Shown: in pieces, positions 43,794 to 54,230 of the stretch
How positions within the stretch are numbered: the stretch's first letter is position 1
Layout: every line of letters begins with the position of its first letter
Assembly (NCBI GenBank): GCA_964538705.1
Contig: CAZIEI010000003.1
Span: forward strand, 62-64,061
Direction: 5' to 3'
Length of the DNA stretch: 64,000 nucleotides
From: an uncultured Spirochaetales bacterium
GTDB lineage: Bacteria > Spirochaetota > Spirochaetia > Treponematales > JBGSOB01
Program-made: the position numbers and the translations under genes
The notes under the pieces: model-generated
What the model was told of the DNA's origin: nothing
What the model saw: the letters and a program-made list of their open reading frames with translations, nothing else
The model's database searches: none

Positions 43794-46436
43794 TTAGCGC
43801 CCGACGACGGCCGGGAGCTTCCAATCCGCGCCGGAGAACTCCGAACGAATGGCGCGGCCGGTGGAATCCATCACGATGAGGTCCGGCAAGACGGGGCCCG
43901 AGGGATCGTCGTCGAAGCCGCCAAAGGCCCGCGCCGCGATGCTCACGCCCTGAAAAAACCGCTTGCGCGCCTCGACCTTGATGGGGAGGTCGATGATCGC
44001 CATGAGGGCGCCTTCCCGTCCCGGATACGGGCGCACCAGGCAGAGGCCGGCCTTGCGGTACCGTTCTCCGCCTACGGAGAATCCGCCCTTCTCCCAGGCC
44101 GCGGGGAAGTCCGGGCCCGCGGCCGCGAGGGTCCGCGCGAGGGCCGCGTTCTGAGCGGGGCTTCCGACGAAGATGGCCGAGGCGGGAATCTTCCCGCCGA
44201 GCGCGAGATACGCCGCGTCGGAGACGACGCGCGGTTTGCCGCTCCGCGCGCCCCCGTTCACGAGTGAATCCGGCTCGAGGCTTCCGAGAAGCTCGGCGCC
44301 CCTCCGGAGCTCGGCGTTGAACCGTCCGCCCTTGGTCCCGTAGACGATGTAGAGGGGCATGAGGTAGAGGTCGAGGAGTCCGCCGCCCTCGTTCACGCGG
44401 GCCGGGGCGCGCGTGGGTGCCTGCGCGGGCGTCTGTAGGGCCGCCCGCGCGAAGCGGCCGCGGGCATCCTTCCTGAAGACGGCCCGCGGAGACCCGGCGT
44501 CTACCGCGAGGGAAGCACCGTCGACCCACACGACGACGCGCCCCGTGGAGGCGAGCGCGGGATGGCGCATATCGAGCGCGAACGCGGCCACTCCCTCAGT
44601 CTCGACGCTCACGTGCCGTTCGTCGTCGATAACGGCGTCCAGCCTTCCCGCCGTCCCCGCCTCGAGCTCCGCGATCTCCGCCCAGTAATGCCGGCGGTAC
44701 CGCAAGTGGGAGGCGGAGAAGCGGAGCCTCCGCGGCTTCGCCTCTCGCTTGAGTGCGCGAACGCGGTCGAGGAGGCGGCCGTCGTCGCCCGAGTTCCAGG
44801 CGGTGAGCGCGGAGTGGCCCGCGCCGGGAAGGACCTCGAGCGTCACGGGACAGCGCGCGGCGCGGAGGATCGAGGCGGCCGTCGTCGAGGCTCCGAGGGG
44901 CACGACGTCGTCCGCGTCGCCGTGGACGAGGAGGAGGGGGAGCGAGTGGAGGTTGTCGAGGAGCTGCGGCCCCGTCCATCCGGCGAAGGCCGAAGCTGAA
45001 GCGAAGCGGTCCGCGTAGAGCTGCGCGAAACGGAGCGTCCCGAAGGCGCCCATCGAGGATCCCGCGATATGAACCCGGTCAGGATCGATCCGGTAGCGCG
45101 ACTCGACCTCGGCAATGGCCTCGAGAACGTCGGCCTCGCCCATACACTGGTAACCGAAATCCCCGCGGCCGAAGGGCGCGAGGACGACGAATTCCGCGTC
45201 AGCCGCGCGCGAGAAGGGTTCGATCCCCTGCCGGTCGTCGCTGCCCTTTCCGTGGAGCATGACGAGGAGGGGCCGCCCCGCGCCTCGCACGGGCCCGGAG
45301 GGCAGGTAGAGCGAGTAAGGCTGGAGCGAGCCGTCGAGCGCCGAACGGAACGCCAGCCTGAGCGTACCGGAGGGAGCAGTCCGGGAGGCTGCGGCGGCCT
45401 TGATCGCGCGCGCCTCCTCGATCGCGTCGATCCGTTGCTCCATCGCGCAGAGCGAGGGATCGGTCCGGCCATCCATGATCAAGGCCGCGAACTCGAGGCT
45501 CGCGGGCGCGTCGAACCAGGGACAACGCGCCGACCGCGCGGCCTCCCGCGCCGCCGCCGCCTCGGCCGCGAGCGCGTCCTCCGCTTTCCCGACGACGATG
45601 ACGCGCGGCTTCGAGACGAGGCCCGCAAGGACGCCCCCTCCCTTCGCCCTCAGGGAGAGGGCTCCCTTCGCCGCGGGCGGGACGCGGATCGCCGCGGGGC
45701 GCGATGCCCTCGTCGATGCCTCGGCGACGACATTTCCCTTCGCATCCAGGAGCTCGACGGTCATCGGCGCGTCGAGGGCGGCCTTGGGAACGGTCATGGG
45801 ATTGCAGAGGAGCTCCATTCCGGCCTCGACCCGCCAGGACGCGGGAGCGATGGAAAGTCCGCGCGCCTTGAACGCGCGCGGCGCGACTGCGGGCCGCGCC
45901 CTCAGGTTGAAGGCCCAGCCGCCGTTGCCTTGGTCCACCTTCGCGAGGATGCGGTTCTTGCCCGTTTCCAGGCGGACGACGACGAGATCGTCGCCCGGCG
46001 CGATCGCCCGGTGGATGTGGTTCGCGTGGACGAGGCGGCCGTTCACCCAGAGCTTGACCCCATCGTCCGAACCGATCGCGAATTCCCATTCGCCCGGAAC
46101 GCGAGCCTCGATCTCGCGGTAGACGTAAGCGAGGCAATCCTCCTCGTAGCCGAAGAGCGCAAGGAGGTCGATCTCCTCGCTTCCGTCGGCTCCCGCGCGC
46201 GCCTCCGCGCGGATCCAGGAGGAACCCGCGGCCGCCGCCCCCTCGCGCGGCCGGACCCCGGCCTCGCCCCCCGCGGCCGCGAGGCAGTCGCGATCGAAAC
46301 CCTGGCAGTCGCCCGCGACCCGGGGATTGGGGAAGGGCCCGAGCGCGAGCCATACGGTTCCGCCGCTTCCCTCGGCCGCGAGAACGGACGTCGCCGCGAG
46401 GGCCAGAGCGAGCGCCGCGCCAATGGTACGCGTCAT
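43794..46436 (-). CDS. Secreted multidomain protein: PA14/lectin-like N-terminal domain + alpha/beta-hydrolase (S9/esterase-like) domain + C-terminal domain
   Basis: Signal peptide MTRTIGAALALALAATSVLAAEG. N-terminal segment EWEFAIGSDDGVKLWVNGRLV...GNGGWAFNLRA. Hydrolase triad candidates are GSSMG (Ser), LLVHGDADDVVP (Asp) and PGAGHSAL (His). The ATG overlaps the upstream stop (ATGA). Confidence 0.7.
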   Translation of the reverse strand: MTRTIGAALALALAATSVLAAEGSGGTVWLALGPFPNPRVAGDCQGFDRDCLAAAGGEAGVRPREGAAAAGSSWIRAEARAGADGSEEIDLLALFGYEEDCLAYVYREIEARVPGEWEFAIGSDDGVKLWVNGRLVHANHIHRAIAPGDDLVVVRLETGKNRILAKVDQGNGGWAFNLRARPAVAPRAFKARGLSIAPASWRVEAGMELLCNPMTVPKAALDAPMTVELLDAKGNVVAEASTRASRPAAIRVPPAAKGALSLRAKGGGVLAGLVSKPRVIVVGKAEDALAAEAAAAREAARSARCPWFDAPASLEFAALIMDGRTDPSLCAMEQRIDAIEEARAIKAAAASRTAPSGTLRLAFRSALDGSLQPYSLYLPSGPVRGAGRPLLVMLHGKGSDDRQGIEPFSRAADAEFVVLAPFGRGDFGYQCMGEADVLEAIAEVESRYRIDPDRVHIAGSSMGAFGTLRFAQLYADRFASASAFAGWTGPQLLDNLHSLPLLLVHGDADDVVPLGASTTAASILRAARCPVTLEVLPGAGHSALTAWNSGDDGRLLDRVRALKREAKPRRLRFSASHLRYRRHYWAEIAELEAGTAGRLDAVIDDERHVSVETEGVAAFALDMRHPALASTGRVVVWVDGASLAVDAGSPRAVFRKDARGRFARAALQTPAQAPTRAPARVNEGGGLLDLYLMPLYIVYGTKGGRFNAELRRGAELLGSLEPDSLVNGGARSGKPRVVSDAAYLALGGKIPASAIFVGSPAQNAALARTLAAAGPDFPAAWEKGGFSVGGERYRKAGLCLVRPYPGREGALMAIIDLPIKVEARKRFFQGVSIAARAFGGFDDDPSGPVLPDLIVMDSTGRAIRSEFSGADWKLPAVVGR

Positions 46437-49138
46437 CGCTTATTCTCCTCCCTGTCCTCGCCCTCCTCCTTGAGGGACCGGGCGAGCGAGCGCTCGGCGA
46501 GCCTGCGGTAGGCGTCCATCACGCGCGCCGAGTCGTCCTTCGTCTCGACCGCCGCGGACGTCCCGCGCCTCAGGCGTTCCACGAGCCGCTCCTGCCTGGA
46601 CCACCAGGCGACCGCGGTGGCCCGGGCCATCTTGAACTGCCCGAAGAGCGTGCTCCTCCCGTAGAGCTCGACGACGAAGAGGACGAGCGAGGCGAGGAGG
46701 GCCCACCAGCGGAGGGGAGCCATCCTCAGCGAGAGCCTCGGCTCCTCGGGAGCCAGGCCGTCGGGCCGGAGGAGCGCGCCGCCCGCCCTTCCCGCGGCCG
46801 CCTGGAGCGCGGCCTCGTCCGGCCCCGTGCGCGCGAGCTCCGCGTCCTTCTGCCGCCAGATCCACGCCTCGGTCCAGGCCCCCGTCCGCGCGTCGCTCAC
46901 GGCGTAGCGCTCGATCCCGGCTCCGGCGCTCCGCGACGCCGAAGGCGCCAGCGCCTCGTAGCGTCCCGGCGCGGTCTCGCGGAGCGCGAAGGGCGCGGCG
47001 AGCGCGTCGACTCCGCGCGCGCGGAGGTCCAGGCCGGTGGCGGCGCGGCCCTCGGCGTCCACGGCCTCGACGAGGACGCGGAGCGCGCCGCCCTCGTCGT
47101 AGGCGCGCGCGAACATGCCCGAGTCGGGATTACCGCGCTCTACGGATCGGGCGACCTGGGCCCAGAGCCGCGCGTACGCGGGCCTGCCCGACCAGGGAGC
47201 GAGCCAGGCGCCGCCCGAGTCCGACGTGAACACCGCGACCTTCCCGGCCCCGTAGCGCCACGACGCGAGGAGCGGATCGAGCTCTTCCCGCGGCGCGCGC
47301 TCGCCGGACTTCCGCTTCCCCTGCTCGGAATCGACGACGAGATGGACGCGAGCGAGTGGCTTTGCCCGTGTGACGAGATAGCCCCTGATGGGCGGGCAGT
47401 TCCCCGCGATGCCCGCGGAGGCGGGCGATGCATCGAGCTCGGCGGGAGCGAAGGAGCCCTCGTTGATAAGGTCGCGCGAGACGCGGGTCGTCTCCTCCGC
47501 GAGGACGCGCGGGATCTGGTCCTGACGAGCGCGGTAGTAGGCGCCGCCGCTCCGCTCCGCGATGCCCCGGAGGAGCTCCTCGTTGACGCTGTCTCCCACG
47601 GCCACCGTGCTCACCGTGGCGCCGACGGCGTTCAGCGAACCGGAGAGCCCCTCGAAGTCCGCGTCCAGAGTGAGGCCGTCCGTGAGGATGACGGCGTGCT
47701 TGCGCGTCGGGCCGATTCCGCCGAAGCTCTTCACGACCTCCTCCATCGCGTCCGCGAGGTCCGTGCCCCCGCCCTCCTTCATTCTGGTCATGGAATCGAG
47801 GATGGCCTCCTTCTCGTCCGCCGGAGTGAAGGGCATGACCCAGGACGGCGAATCATCGAAACCGAGGATGCCGACCTCGTCGCGCGGATCGAGAGCGCTC
47901 ACGGAATCGGCGATGCCGCGCATCGCGGCCGCCTGTTTGGTGACGCCGTTGACGCGCTCGGACATCGAGCCCGAGGTGTCGATGACGAAGAGCACGCGCG
48001 CCCGAGTGAAGAAGAGCCGCCGCCGCGTGTCCGTGGAGACGGGAAGCATGTCCTCGAGCGGGGTCGCGAAGTACTCGCCGCGGCCGAGGGATTGGTCTCC
48101 ACCGACCACGAGAAGGCCGCCGCCGCCGGCCACGTAGGAGAGGAGCCTGTCCTGCTGGAGCTCTGAGACGTAGAGCGCGTTCACGTTGTCGAGCACGACG
48201 GCCTGCACACCCGAGTAGCCCGAGGGATCCTCGGGAATGCCGTCCACGCCGACCGTCACGGCCTCCATGCCCTGAGCGCGGAGGGCGGCGGCGATCGGCG
48301 ATGGGCGGTCCCCGCCGCCCGCGACGAGGACGCGCGCGGGCCCGCTCACCGAGAGGACGCCGCCCGTCCCCGCGGCGGGGAGGAGCGCGCCCTCCTCGTC
48401 TCGCGCCTCGACGCTCACCTCGTGCGCGCCCGTGAACGCGGGGGGAAGCGGAAGGGATATCCTGTTCAATCCCGGGACGAGTTCGGCGGAGCCCGAGGCG
48501 GCGGCCGCGCCGTCGATCGAGAGGGTCCAGGTCACGGAGCGATTCCTGTCCGAGGACAGCGACCATGAGGCTTCGGCGCGCTCGCGGGGACGAAGGACGT
48601 CGGGAAGTTTGAGGCCCTCAGTCCTGACGCCGCCTCGCTCCTCGCCCACGGGATAGGCGTAGAGCCGCGTCCCGGAGGCCGCGAAGCGCTCCGGAAGGAT
48701 CCCATCGCCGCGAGTATCGCGGCCGTCCGAGAACAGGTACACGGCGCGGGCGCCACCCTCCCCGTCGATGAGGGAAGCGGCGGTCGCCACAGCGAGGGCG
48801 ATGTCGGTATCGCCTCCGGGAATCGATCCGAGCTCCGCGGACGTAAGGGCGCGCGACGCCGCTCTCGCGGAGACGAGCCGGGATATGACCTCGGTCCTCC
48901 CCGCGAAGGCCAGGACCGCCGCGCGGTCCCGCTTCGCGAGCCGTGAGAGCAGGGCGATCGCCGCGCGCCGCGCTTCTTCGCGCCCCTCCTCGCCCACGGA
49001 ACCGGAGACGTCGATGACGACGGCGACGGAGCGGGCCCGCGTCGGGAGCGGCGCCTTGAGGCCGATAGCAGCGACGATCGCCGCGGCTATGGCGGCTATT
49101 CTCAGAACCGCGAGCGCGGTCATGACTCGCGACTTCAT
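46433..49138 (-). CDS. Membrane-anchored protein with two VWA domains (Bat-like)
   Basis: N-terminal TM segment. MIDAS motifs: VAVVIDVSGSV and VLFVIDTSGSM...GGTDL...TDG. C-terminal TM: LRWWALLASLVLFVVELY. Confidence 0.75.
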   Translation of the reverse strand: MKSRVMTALAVLRIAAIAAAIVAAIGLKAPLPTRARSVAVVIDVSGSVGEEGREEARRAAIALLSRLAKRDRAAVLAFAGRTEVISRLVSARAASRALTSAELGSIPGGDTDIALAVATAASLIDGEGGARAVYLFSDGRDTRGDGILPERFAASGTRLYAYPVGEERGGVRTEGLKLPDVLRPRERAEASWSLSSDRNRSVTWTLSIDGAAAASGSAELVPGLNRISLPLPPAFTGAHEVSVEARDEEGALLPAAGTGGVLSVSGPARVLVAGGGDRPSPIAAALRAQGMEAVTVGVDGIPEDPSGYSGVQAVVLDNVNALYVSELQQDRLLSYVAGGGGLLVVGGDQSLGRGEYFATPLEDMLPVSTDTRRRLFFTRARVLFVIDTSGSMSERVNGVTKQAAAMRGIADSVSALDPRDEVGILGFDDSPSWVMPFTPADEKEAILDSMTRMKEGGGTDLADAMEEVVKSFGGIGPTRKHAVILTDGLTLDADFEGLSGSLNAVGATVSTVAVGDSVNEELLRGIAERSGGAYYRARQDQIPRVLAEETTRVSRDLINEGSFAPAELDASPASAGIAGNCPPIRGYLVTRAKPLARVHLVVDSEQGKRKSGERAPREELDPLLASWRYGAGKVAVFTSDSGGAWLAPWSGRPAYARLWAQVARSVERGNPDSGMFARAYDEGGALRVLVEAVDAEGRAATGLDLRARGVDALAAPFALRETAPGRYEALAPSASRSAGAGIERYAVSDARTGAWTEAWIWRQKDAELARTGPDEAALQAAAGRAGGALLRPDGLAPEEPRLSLRMAPLRWWALLASLVLFVVELYGRSTLFGQFKMARATAVAWWSRQERLVERLRRGTSAAVETKDDSARVMDAYRRLAERSLARSLKEEGEDREENKR

Positions 49139-50979
49139 TTATTTCCGCCTTCCCGCCGTGCCTTCAGCGCGGGCGCGCCCCTCCAGAGCGTCCACTCGAG
49201 GGCGAGGAGGAGCGCGAGGAGCGCCGCCGCCGCCGCCGCGATCTCGCGCGGTCCGCCTGAAGAGGAAGCGGCGAGGGGAGCCGGCTCCGCTGGCATGAGG
49301 AGGGCCCTCGGGGCGAGATCGAGCTCGGAGAGCGGGAGATTCACGGCGATAGGCGCGGCGCGACCGCCTGTCCCCGGAAGCTCGGCCTTGTAGAGGCCGC
49401 GCTTCAAGGCAAGCGCATAACGGACGCCGCCCTCGGTCCAGGTCTCGAAGGCCGACGAGTCCGCGAACTCGAGCGCGTTCCCGATCGCCCGTGCCTCGCT
49501 CCTCCCCGCGGTGAAGTCGTACGCGCCTGAGCCGCCCGTCCCGGGCGCGCACCACTCGAGGAGGTCGCGGACGAAGAGCGGAAAGGAAGGCGAGAGGCCG
49601 ATCCGCTGGTCGAAGGGATCGAAACCGAAGGCGACGCGCTTGAACCCGCCGCTCTCCCAGGCCGCGATCACGGGGATGTCGCCCGCGCGGGCGAGGACGC
49701 GCGCGCCGCTCGGCGACGGGACGGCGACGGCCGCCTCGGGGGGAGCGCCGTCCCACCGCACGAAGCGCGAGAGGGGATGGCCCGGCTCGGAGCCGCTCAC
49801 TGAGCCGGCCAGGGCTCCGTCGGCTCGAGGGGAGGACGATATGAAGAGAGCGTCGCAGGGAGGATCGATCCGGTAGTCCCCGAGAGGCAGGAGCGCGAGC
49901 TCGCATTCTCCTCGCGCGATCGGGGCCGCCGGGTCTCGGGGCGCGAGGTCCGCGCCGGCTCCCGCGAAGGCGGCCGTGAAGTACGGTCCCGGCCGCGCCA
50001 GGGCGAGGACCCGCGCGCGGGGAGCAGGTCCGATCGCGCAGTAGGCGGCGTCATCCGCGGAGTACCCGTCGGCCGCGTCGATGAGGGTCACCGCGTAGCC
50101 GCCGTCGGCGACGCCGTCCTCGAGCCTCAGGGACACCGCACTCGTCCCCTTCCTCGCGACGCCGGACGCCTCCGCGACGGCCGCGCCGTCGCGCGAGAGC
50201 GAGGCGCGGTACGGCATCTCCTCGTCCCAAGAATTCACGATCGAGAAGAGCGCCTTCGCGCCGCCCGCGTCGGAGTTTTCGACGCGGAGCCCGTGGACTC
50301 CGAGATCGCCCGCCGCGGCGCCTACGGAAACCGATCGGACGGCGTCCTTGAACACGGCGCGCACGCGCTCTCCGCCGAGGGACCAGCCGCCGTCGCCGTA
50401 CACGCGGGCCTCCCAGGGCTCGGACCTCGAGGCGAGCCATGCCGAGAGGTCCGCGACGACGGCCTCCTCCTCGAGGGCGGAATCAGTGGCCTCGAGCGAC
50501 GCGAGCGCGGAGCGGAGCGATCCCCGCCCCTCGCCGGGGCCGGAGACGCGGCGCGCTCCGTGCGAACAGGCGAAGACGGCCACGGGCCGCGACGAACCGA
50601 GGGCCGCAACGTCCTCCATGACGAGCCGCCTCGCCTCGGCGAGGCGGTCCTCGCCGTCAGCGCCGCCCGACCGCGCGCCCATGCTCGCGGAGACGTCTAC
50701 GAGGTAGACGACGCCGGGCTCACTCGGCTTCGAGCGCGCGGGCTCGGGCGAGGCGAGGGCGAAGGCCGCGACGGCCACGGCCGCGAGCTGGAGGATGAGG
50801 AGAAAAATAGACTTGCGCCTTACCTTGCGGCCGCCCTCGTTCTTGCCCGAAAGGAGACGCCACACGTACGCCGAGCCCACGGGCTGGCGGCGGAAGCGCA
50901 TCCTGAGGAAGTAGAGGATCGCCACGAGGGCGAGCAGGGCGAGGAAGGCGAGGGCCCAGGGCCGTCCAAGGCTCAGCAT
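49135..50979 (-). CDS. BatA-like N-terminal membrane domain + VWA domain protein
   Basis: The start was trimmed to MLSLGRPWALAFLALLALVAILYFLRMRFRRQP, an aerotolerance BatA_N-like pattern. A VWA MIDAS motif follows (VVYLVDVSASM). There is a C-terminal TM segment. Confidence 0.7.
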   Translation of the reverse strand: MLSLGRPWALAFLALLALVAILYFLRMRFRRQPVGSAYVWRLLSGKNEGGRKVRRKSIFLLILQLAAVAVAAFALASPEPARSKPSEPGVVYLVDVSASMGARSGGADGEDRLAEARRLVMEDVAALGSSRPVAVFACSHGARRVSGPGEGRGSLRSALASLEATDSALEEEAVVADLSAWLASRSEPWEARVYGDGGWSLGGERVRAVFKDAVRSVSVGAAAGDLGVHGLRVENSDAGGAKALFSIVNSWDEEMPYRASLSRDGAAVAEASGVARKGTSAVSLRLEDGVADGGYAVTLIDAADGYSADDAAYCAIGPAPRARVLALARPGPYFTAAFAGAGADLAPRDPAAPIARGECELALLPLGDYRIDPPCDALFISSSPRADGALAGSVSGSEPGHPLSRFVRWDGAPPEAAVAVPSPSGARVLARAGDIPVIAAWESGGFKRVAFGFDPFDQRIGLSPSFPLFVRDLLEWCAPGTGGSGAYDFTAGRSEARAIGNALEFADSSAFETWTEGGVRYALALKRGLYKAELPGTGGRAAPIAVNLPLSELDLAPRALLMPAEPAPLAASSSGGPREIAAAAAALLALLLALEWTLWRGAPALKARREGGNK

Positions 50980-51851
50980 ACGATCCCGCTCCCCGCGAAC
51001 TCGCGCCGGAAGAGCCGCTCCATGGGCTCGTCGCTCGCCACGGATACCCAACCGACGCCCTGCTTGCGCGCGTGGCGAGCGGCGGCCTTGACGAATTCGG
51101 CGACCTTGCCCCGGTAGGCCGCGGCTGTCCGCGCGTCGATGAGGAGGGGCACCTCCTCGTCGTTCTCGGAATCAACGAGGGTGATCTCGCCCGAGATGCC
51201 GGGGTCGAGCTCCTCACGCGAGAGGACCTGGAGCGCGTAGGCCTCGGACCGGCTCGCGGCGAGCGCCGTGACGGTCTCTTTCCATTCCGGGTAGAGGAAA
51301 TCGGAGATGAGGACGGCCACGCACTTGCCCCCGTAGCGAGAAGCGAAGCGCCTCATCCCAGAGAGCGGCGCGAAGGAGTCCTGCGGCGAGATCCTGAGGA
51401 GGGCGGTCTCCGCCTCTGCGAGGCCGACCCGGCTCCGTTCGGGCTTGAGCGGCTCGAGGAGGTCGGCGCCGAGGGCGCACACGCCCACGCGGTTGCCGTT
51501 CCTGAGCGCGATTCCGGCGAGGACGCCGGCGACGCGCTTAGCGACGTCGAGTTTGGAGGGATCGCCCGAGTCCATGGAACGGCTCGCGTCGATGACGAGT
51601 GCGAGGGTGAGTTCCTTCTCCTCGGCGCAGAGCCGCACGAGTAGCTTGCGGAGACGGAGGTACACGGCCCAGTCGACGAGACGCGCGTCATCGCCGCGCA
51701 TGTACTCGCGGTAATCGGCGAACTCGATGCCGCCGCCCTTCGCAGGACTGCGCTGCTCGCCGGCCGCGAATCCCGAGACGCGGCGCCGCGGATTGAGCGA
51801 CATCGCCTTGACGAGCTCGTAGTCGCTCGCGGCGAGGAGGCGTTCAGGCAC
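50973..51851 (-). CDS. DUF58 family protein
   Basis: GGGIEFADYREYMRGDDARLVDWAVYLR...LALVIDASRSM is typical DUF58. The GTG start overlaps the MoxR stop by 8 nt. Confidence 0.85.
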   Translation of the reverse strand: MPERLLAASDYELVKAMSLNPRRRVSGFAAGEQRSPAKGGGIEFADYREYMRGDDARLVDWAVYLRLRKLLVRLCAEEKELTLALVIDASRSMDSGDPSKLDVAKRVAGVLAGIALRNGNRVGVCALGADLLEPLKPERSRVGLAEAETALLRISPQDSFAPLSGMRRFASRYGGKCVAVLISDFLYPEWKETVTALAASRSEAYALQVLSREELDPGISGEITLVDSENDEEVPLLIDARTAAAYRGKVAEFVKAAARHARKQGVGWVSVASDEPMERLFRREFAGSGIVC

Positions 51852-52842
51852 GCGCCGCTCCCGCGAGGGCGGCCTCGACGGCCTCGCTGAGCACGTCCTC
51901 CGCGCGGATCCCCTCGCTCATGCCGTCGAAGTTGAGGGCGATGCGATGCCGTACGGCGGGCGCGGCGACGGCCGAGAGGTCCTCCATGGCCGCGTTGTAG
52001 CGCCCGGACATGAGGGCGCGCGCCTTGGCGCCGAGGACCATGGCCTGGGCCGCCCGCGGGCCGGCGCCGTAGCGAACGAAGCGCTTCGCCTTCTCGCCCG
52101 CCTCCGGGCGGTCCGGCCGCGTTCGCATCACGATGTCCGCGGCGGCTTTCAGCACGGCCGGCGGGACCACGACGTCCCGCGTCGCGGTCTGGAGGGCCCC
52201 GATCTCTTCCGCGCTGATCGCGGGCGAGGGCACGGCCTCCGTCCTGCCGACGGTGCGCTCCACGATGCGCTCGAGGTCCTCCTTCCCGGGATGATCGATG
52301 ATCACCTTGAAGAGGAACCGGTCGATCTGCGCTTCGGGGAGGGGATAGGTCCCTTCCATCTCGAGGGGGTTCTGCGTCGCGAGCACGAGGAAGGGGCGCG
52401 GCAGCGGATACGCCTTCCCGCGCACCGTAACCGCGCGCTCCTGCATCGCCTCGAGGAGGGCGGATTGCGTCTTGGGCGACGCGCGGTTGATCTCGTCCGC
52501 GAGGACGAGGTTCGCGAAGAGGGGCCCGCGCTCGAAGGCGAGCTCGAGGTCCCCGCGGTCCGACCGCTCTACGATGGTAGCCCCGACGACGTCGGAGGGC
52601 ATGAGGTCGGGCGTGAACTGGATGCGCGCGAAGGAAAGGCCCGTCGAGCCCGCGAGCGCCCGCACGAGGCTGGTCTTCCCGAGCCCGGGGACGCCCTCGT
52701 AGAGGACGTGGCCCTCGCAGAGAAGCGCGAGGAGGGTGAAATCCACCGCCTCCCCCTGCCCGACGATGACTTTCGCGATCTCGGCCCTCGCTCTCCCGAT
52801 ACTCTCTACGCATGCGCTCAACGCGGCTCCCTGCTCATTCAT
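51844..52842 (-). CDS. MoxR-family AAA+ ATPase
   Basis: Walker A: GVPGLGKT. FARIQFTPDLMPSDVVG. Walker B: LLADEINRA. LEAMQERAVTV and FLVLATQNPLE. Confidence 0.9.
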   Translation of the reverse strand: MNEQGAALSACVESIGRARAEIAKVIVGQGEAVDFTLLALLCEGHVLYEGVPGLGKTSLVRALAGSTGLSFARIQFTPDLMPSDVVGATIVERSDRGDLELAFERGPLFANLVLADEINRASPKTQSALLEAMQERAVTVRGKAYPLPRPFLVLATQNPLEMEGTYPLPEAQIDRFLFKVIIDHPGKEDLERIVERTVGRTEAVPSPAISAEEIGALQTATRDVVVPPAVLKAAADIVMRTRPDRPEAGEKAKRFVRYGAGPRAAQAMVLGAKARALMSGRYNAAMEDLSAVAAPAVRHRIALNFDGMSEGIRAEDVLSEAVEAALAGAARA

Positions 52843-54230
52843 TCCTCGGCTCCTTCTTCCTCGCTCGCGATTGATAAGTAATACGTCCTCACGTAATCGC
52901 CATACTCGACGGGCACGCGCTCCCTCGACATGGCGGCCTCCGCGCTCCTCACGGCCTCGGCGGCCGTGACAGGCCCAGCAACCCGCTTCCCTCCGGGCAG
53001 GACGATCTCGAATGGATCCTCGTCGGAGCCGCCGAGCTTGAGCGTCTCCGTGCTCGCGCGCGGCGTTATGCGCTGGAAGTCGCGGAGGCGCCCCTCGCCT
53101 CGCCCGGCCTTGTCGCCGCCTCCGCCGGGGGGCCTCATCCCGGAGGCGTCGTCTTTCTTCTCCTCTCCGTCGCCGTTCCCGCCGTCGCCGGGCTCTTCGA
53201 CCATGCCTACCTCTTCTCCCTGTTCCCCGCCGTCTTCCATGGCCATGCTCCCGGGACCGCCCTGATCCTGCGCTTCATCGCGGCGTTCTCCGCGATCGTT
53301 CCCGCGCTCCTTACCAGGATCGTCGCGCCCCTCGGCGCGATCGCTCCCGTTCTCTTTTCGCGTTCGATCCTTCTTCGGGCCCTTAGCGTCCTTCGCGTCC
53401 TTCTCGTCGCCGAGCGAGGCGGACTGCTTCTCGGCCTCGTCCGCCGCGTCCTTGAGGGCGCGGCGTTGCTTCTCCAGCCTGTCGCGCTCCAGGGCGCTCC
53501 CGCTCTTCGCGATGCGCCGCGCGAGCTCGGCGTCGGCCTTACGCACCAGCTCGCGGAAGTCCTCGATGCGCCCCGACGCAAGCGCGCGCTCGGCGGCCTT
53601 CGCGAGGCGCGAGTCTTCGGGGAAGACGCTCCGCGCGATCTCGCGCGAAGCCCCGGTGGAAACCGCGCGCGCCTGCTCCGCGGAAGCGTTTCCCGGCCCC
53701 CGGTCTCCGCCGCTCAGGGCTCCCGCGACGCGGCCCTCTATGCCGGCGGCCGCAATCACGAGCGCTGCGCCGACGACGAACGATGCAAGGGCTCCGGCGG
53801 TCCTCCTCCTGAGCCGCTTGAATCCATAATCGAATGCGCGTCCGCGCCGCGCTAGCTCGGCGGAGGCGCGCTCTTCCGCGGCTTCCTCGATGAGGCCGTC
53901 GAAGGGCCCGGTCATGCCGCGCTTCTCGCAGTACAGGGCCGCGGACATGAGCTCGCGGTCCCCGAGCGCCCTATCCACGAAGAGGGCGGCCTCCTCCTCG
54001 CCGGGCCGTCTTAAAAAGGCGACACCCGCACCGGCCGCCGCTACGAGGGCCGCGGCCGCGGCGAAGAGCGGCAGGCCCGCGGCATCCGCTCCCAGGCCGC
54101 GCGCGACGGCGATGGCCGCTCCCAGGAGGGCCGCGGACGCGGCGGTCCATCCGAGCGCCGTTCCCGCCATGCGCGCGGCCGCGAGTCCGTTCCGCGCCGC
54201 GCCGACGAGCCGCCTCGTGCGCTCAGGCAT
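52839..54230 (-). CDS. Membrane protein (3 predicted TM) with long charged low-complexity region and conserved-looking C-terminal tail
   Basis: 463 aa. TM-like segments lie near residues 22-45, 52-73 and 145-163. A Lys/Asp/Glu/Arg/Gly-rich stretch spans about residues 250-385. The C-terminal tail reads RVPVEYGDYVRTYYLSI. The stop overlaps the moxR ATG (ATGA). Confidence 0.55.
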   Translation of the reverse strand: MPERTRRLVGAARNGLAAARMAGTALGWTAASAALLGAAIAVARGLGADAAGLPLFAAAAALVAAAGAGVAFLRRPGEEEAALFVDRALGDRELMSAALYCEKRGMTGPFDGLIEEAAEERASAELARRGRAFDYGFKRLRRRTAGALASFVVGAALVIAAAGIEGRVAGALSGGDRGPGNASAEQARAVSTGASREIARSVFPEDSRLAKAAERALASGRIEDFRELVRKADAELARRIAKSGSALERDRLEKQRRALKDAADEAEKQSASLGDEKDAKDAKGPKKDRTRKENGSDRAEGRDDPGKERGNDRGERRDEAQDQGGPGSMAMEDGGEQGEEVGMVEEPGDGGNGDGEEKKDDASGMRPPGGGGDKAGRGEGRLRDFQRITPRASTETLKLGGSDEDPFEIVLPGGKRVAGPVTAAEAVRSAEAAMSRERVPVEYGDYVRTYYLSIASEEEGAEE

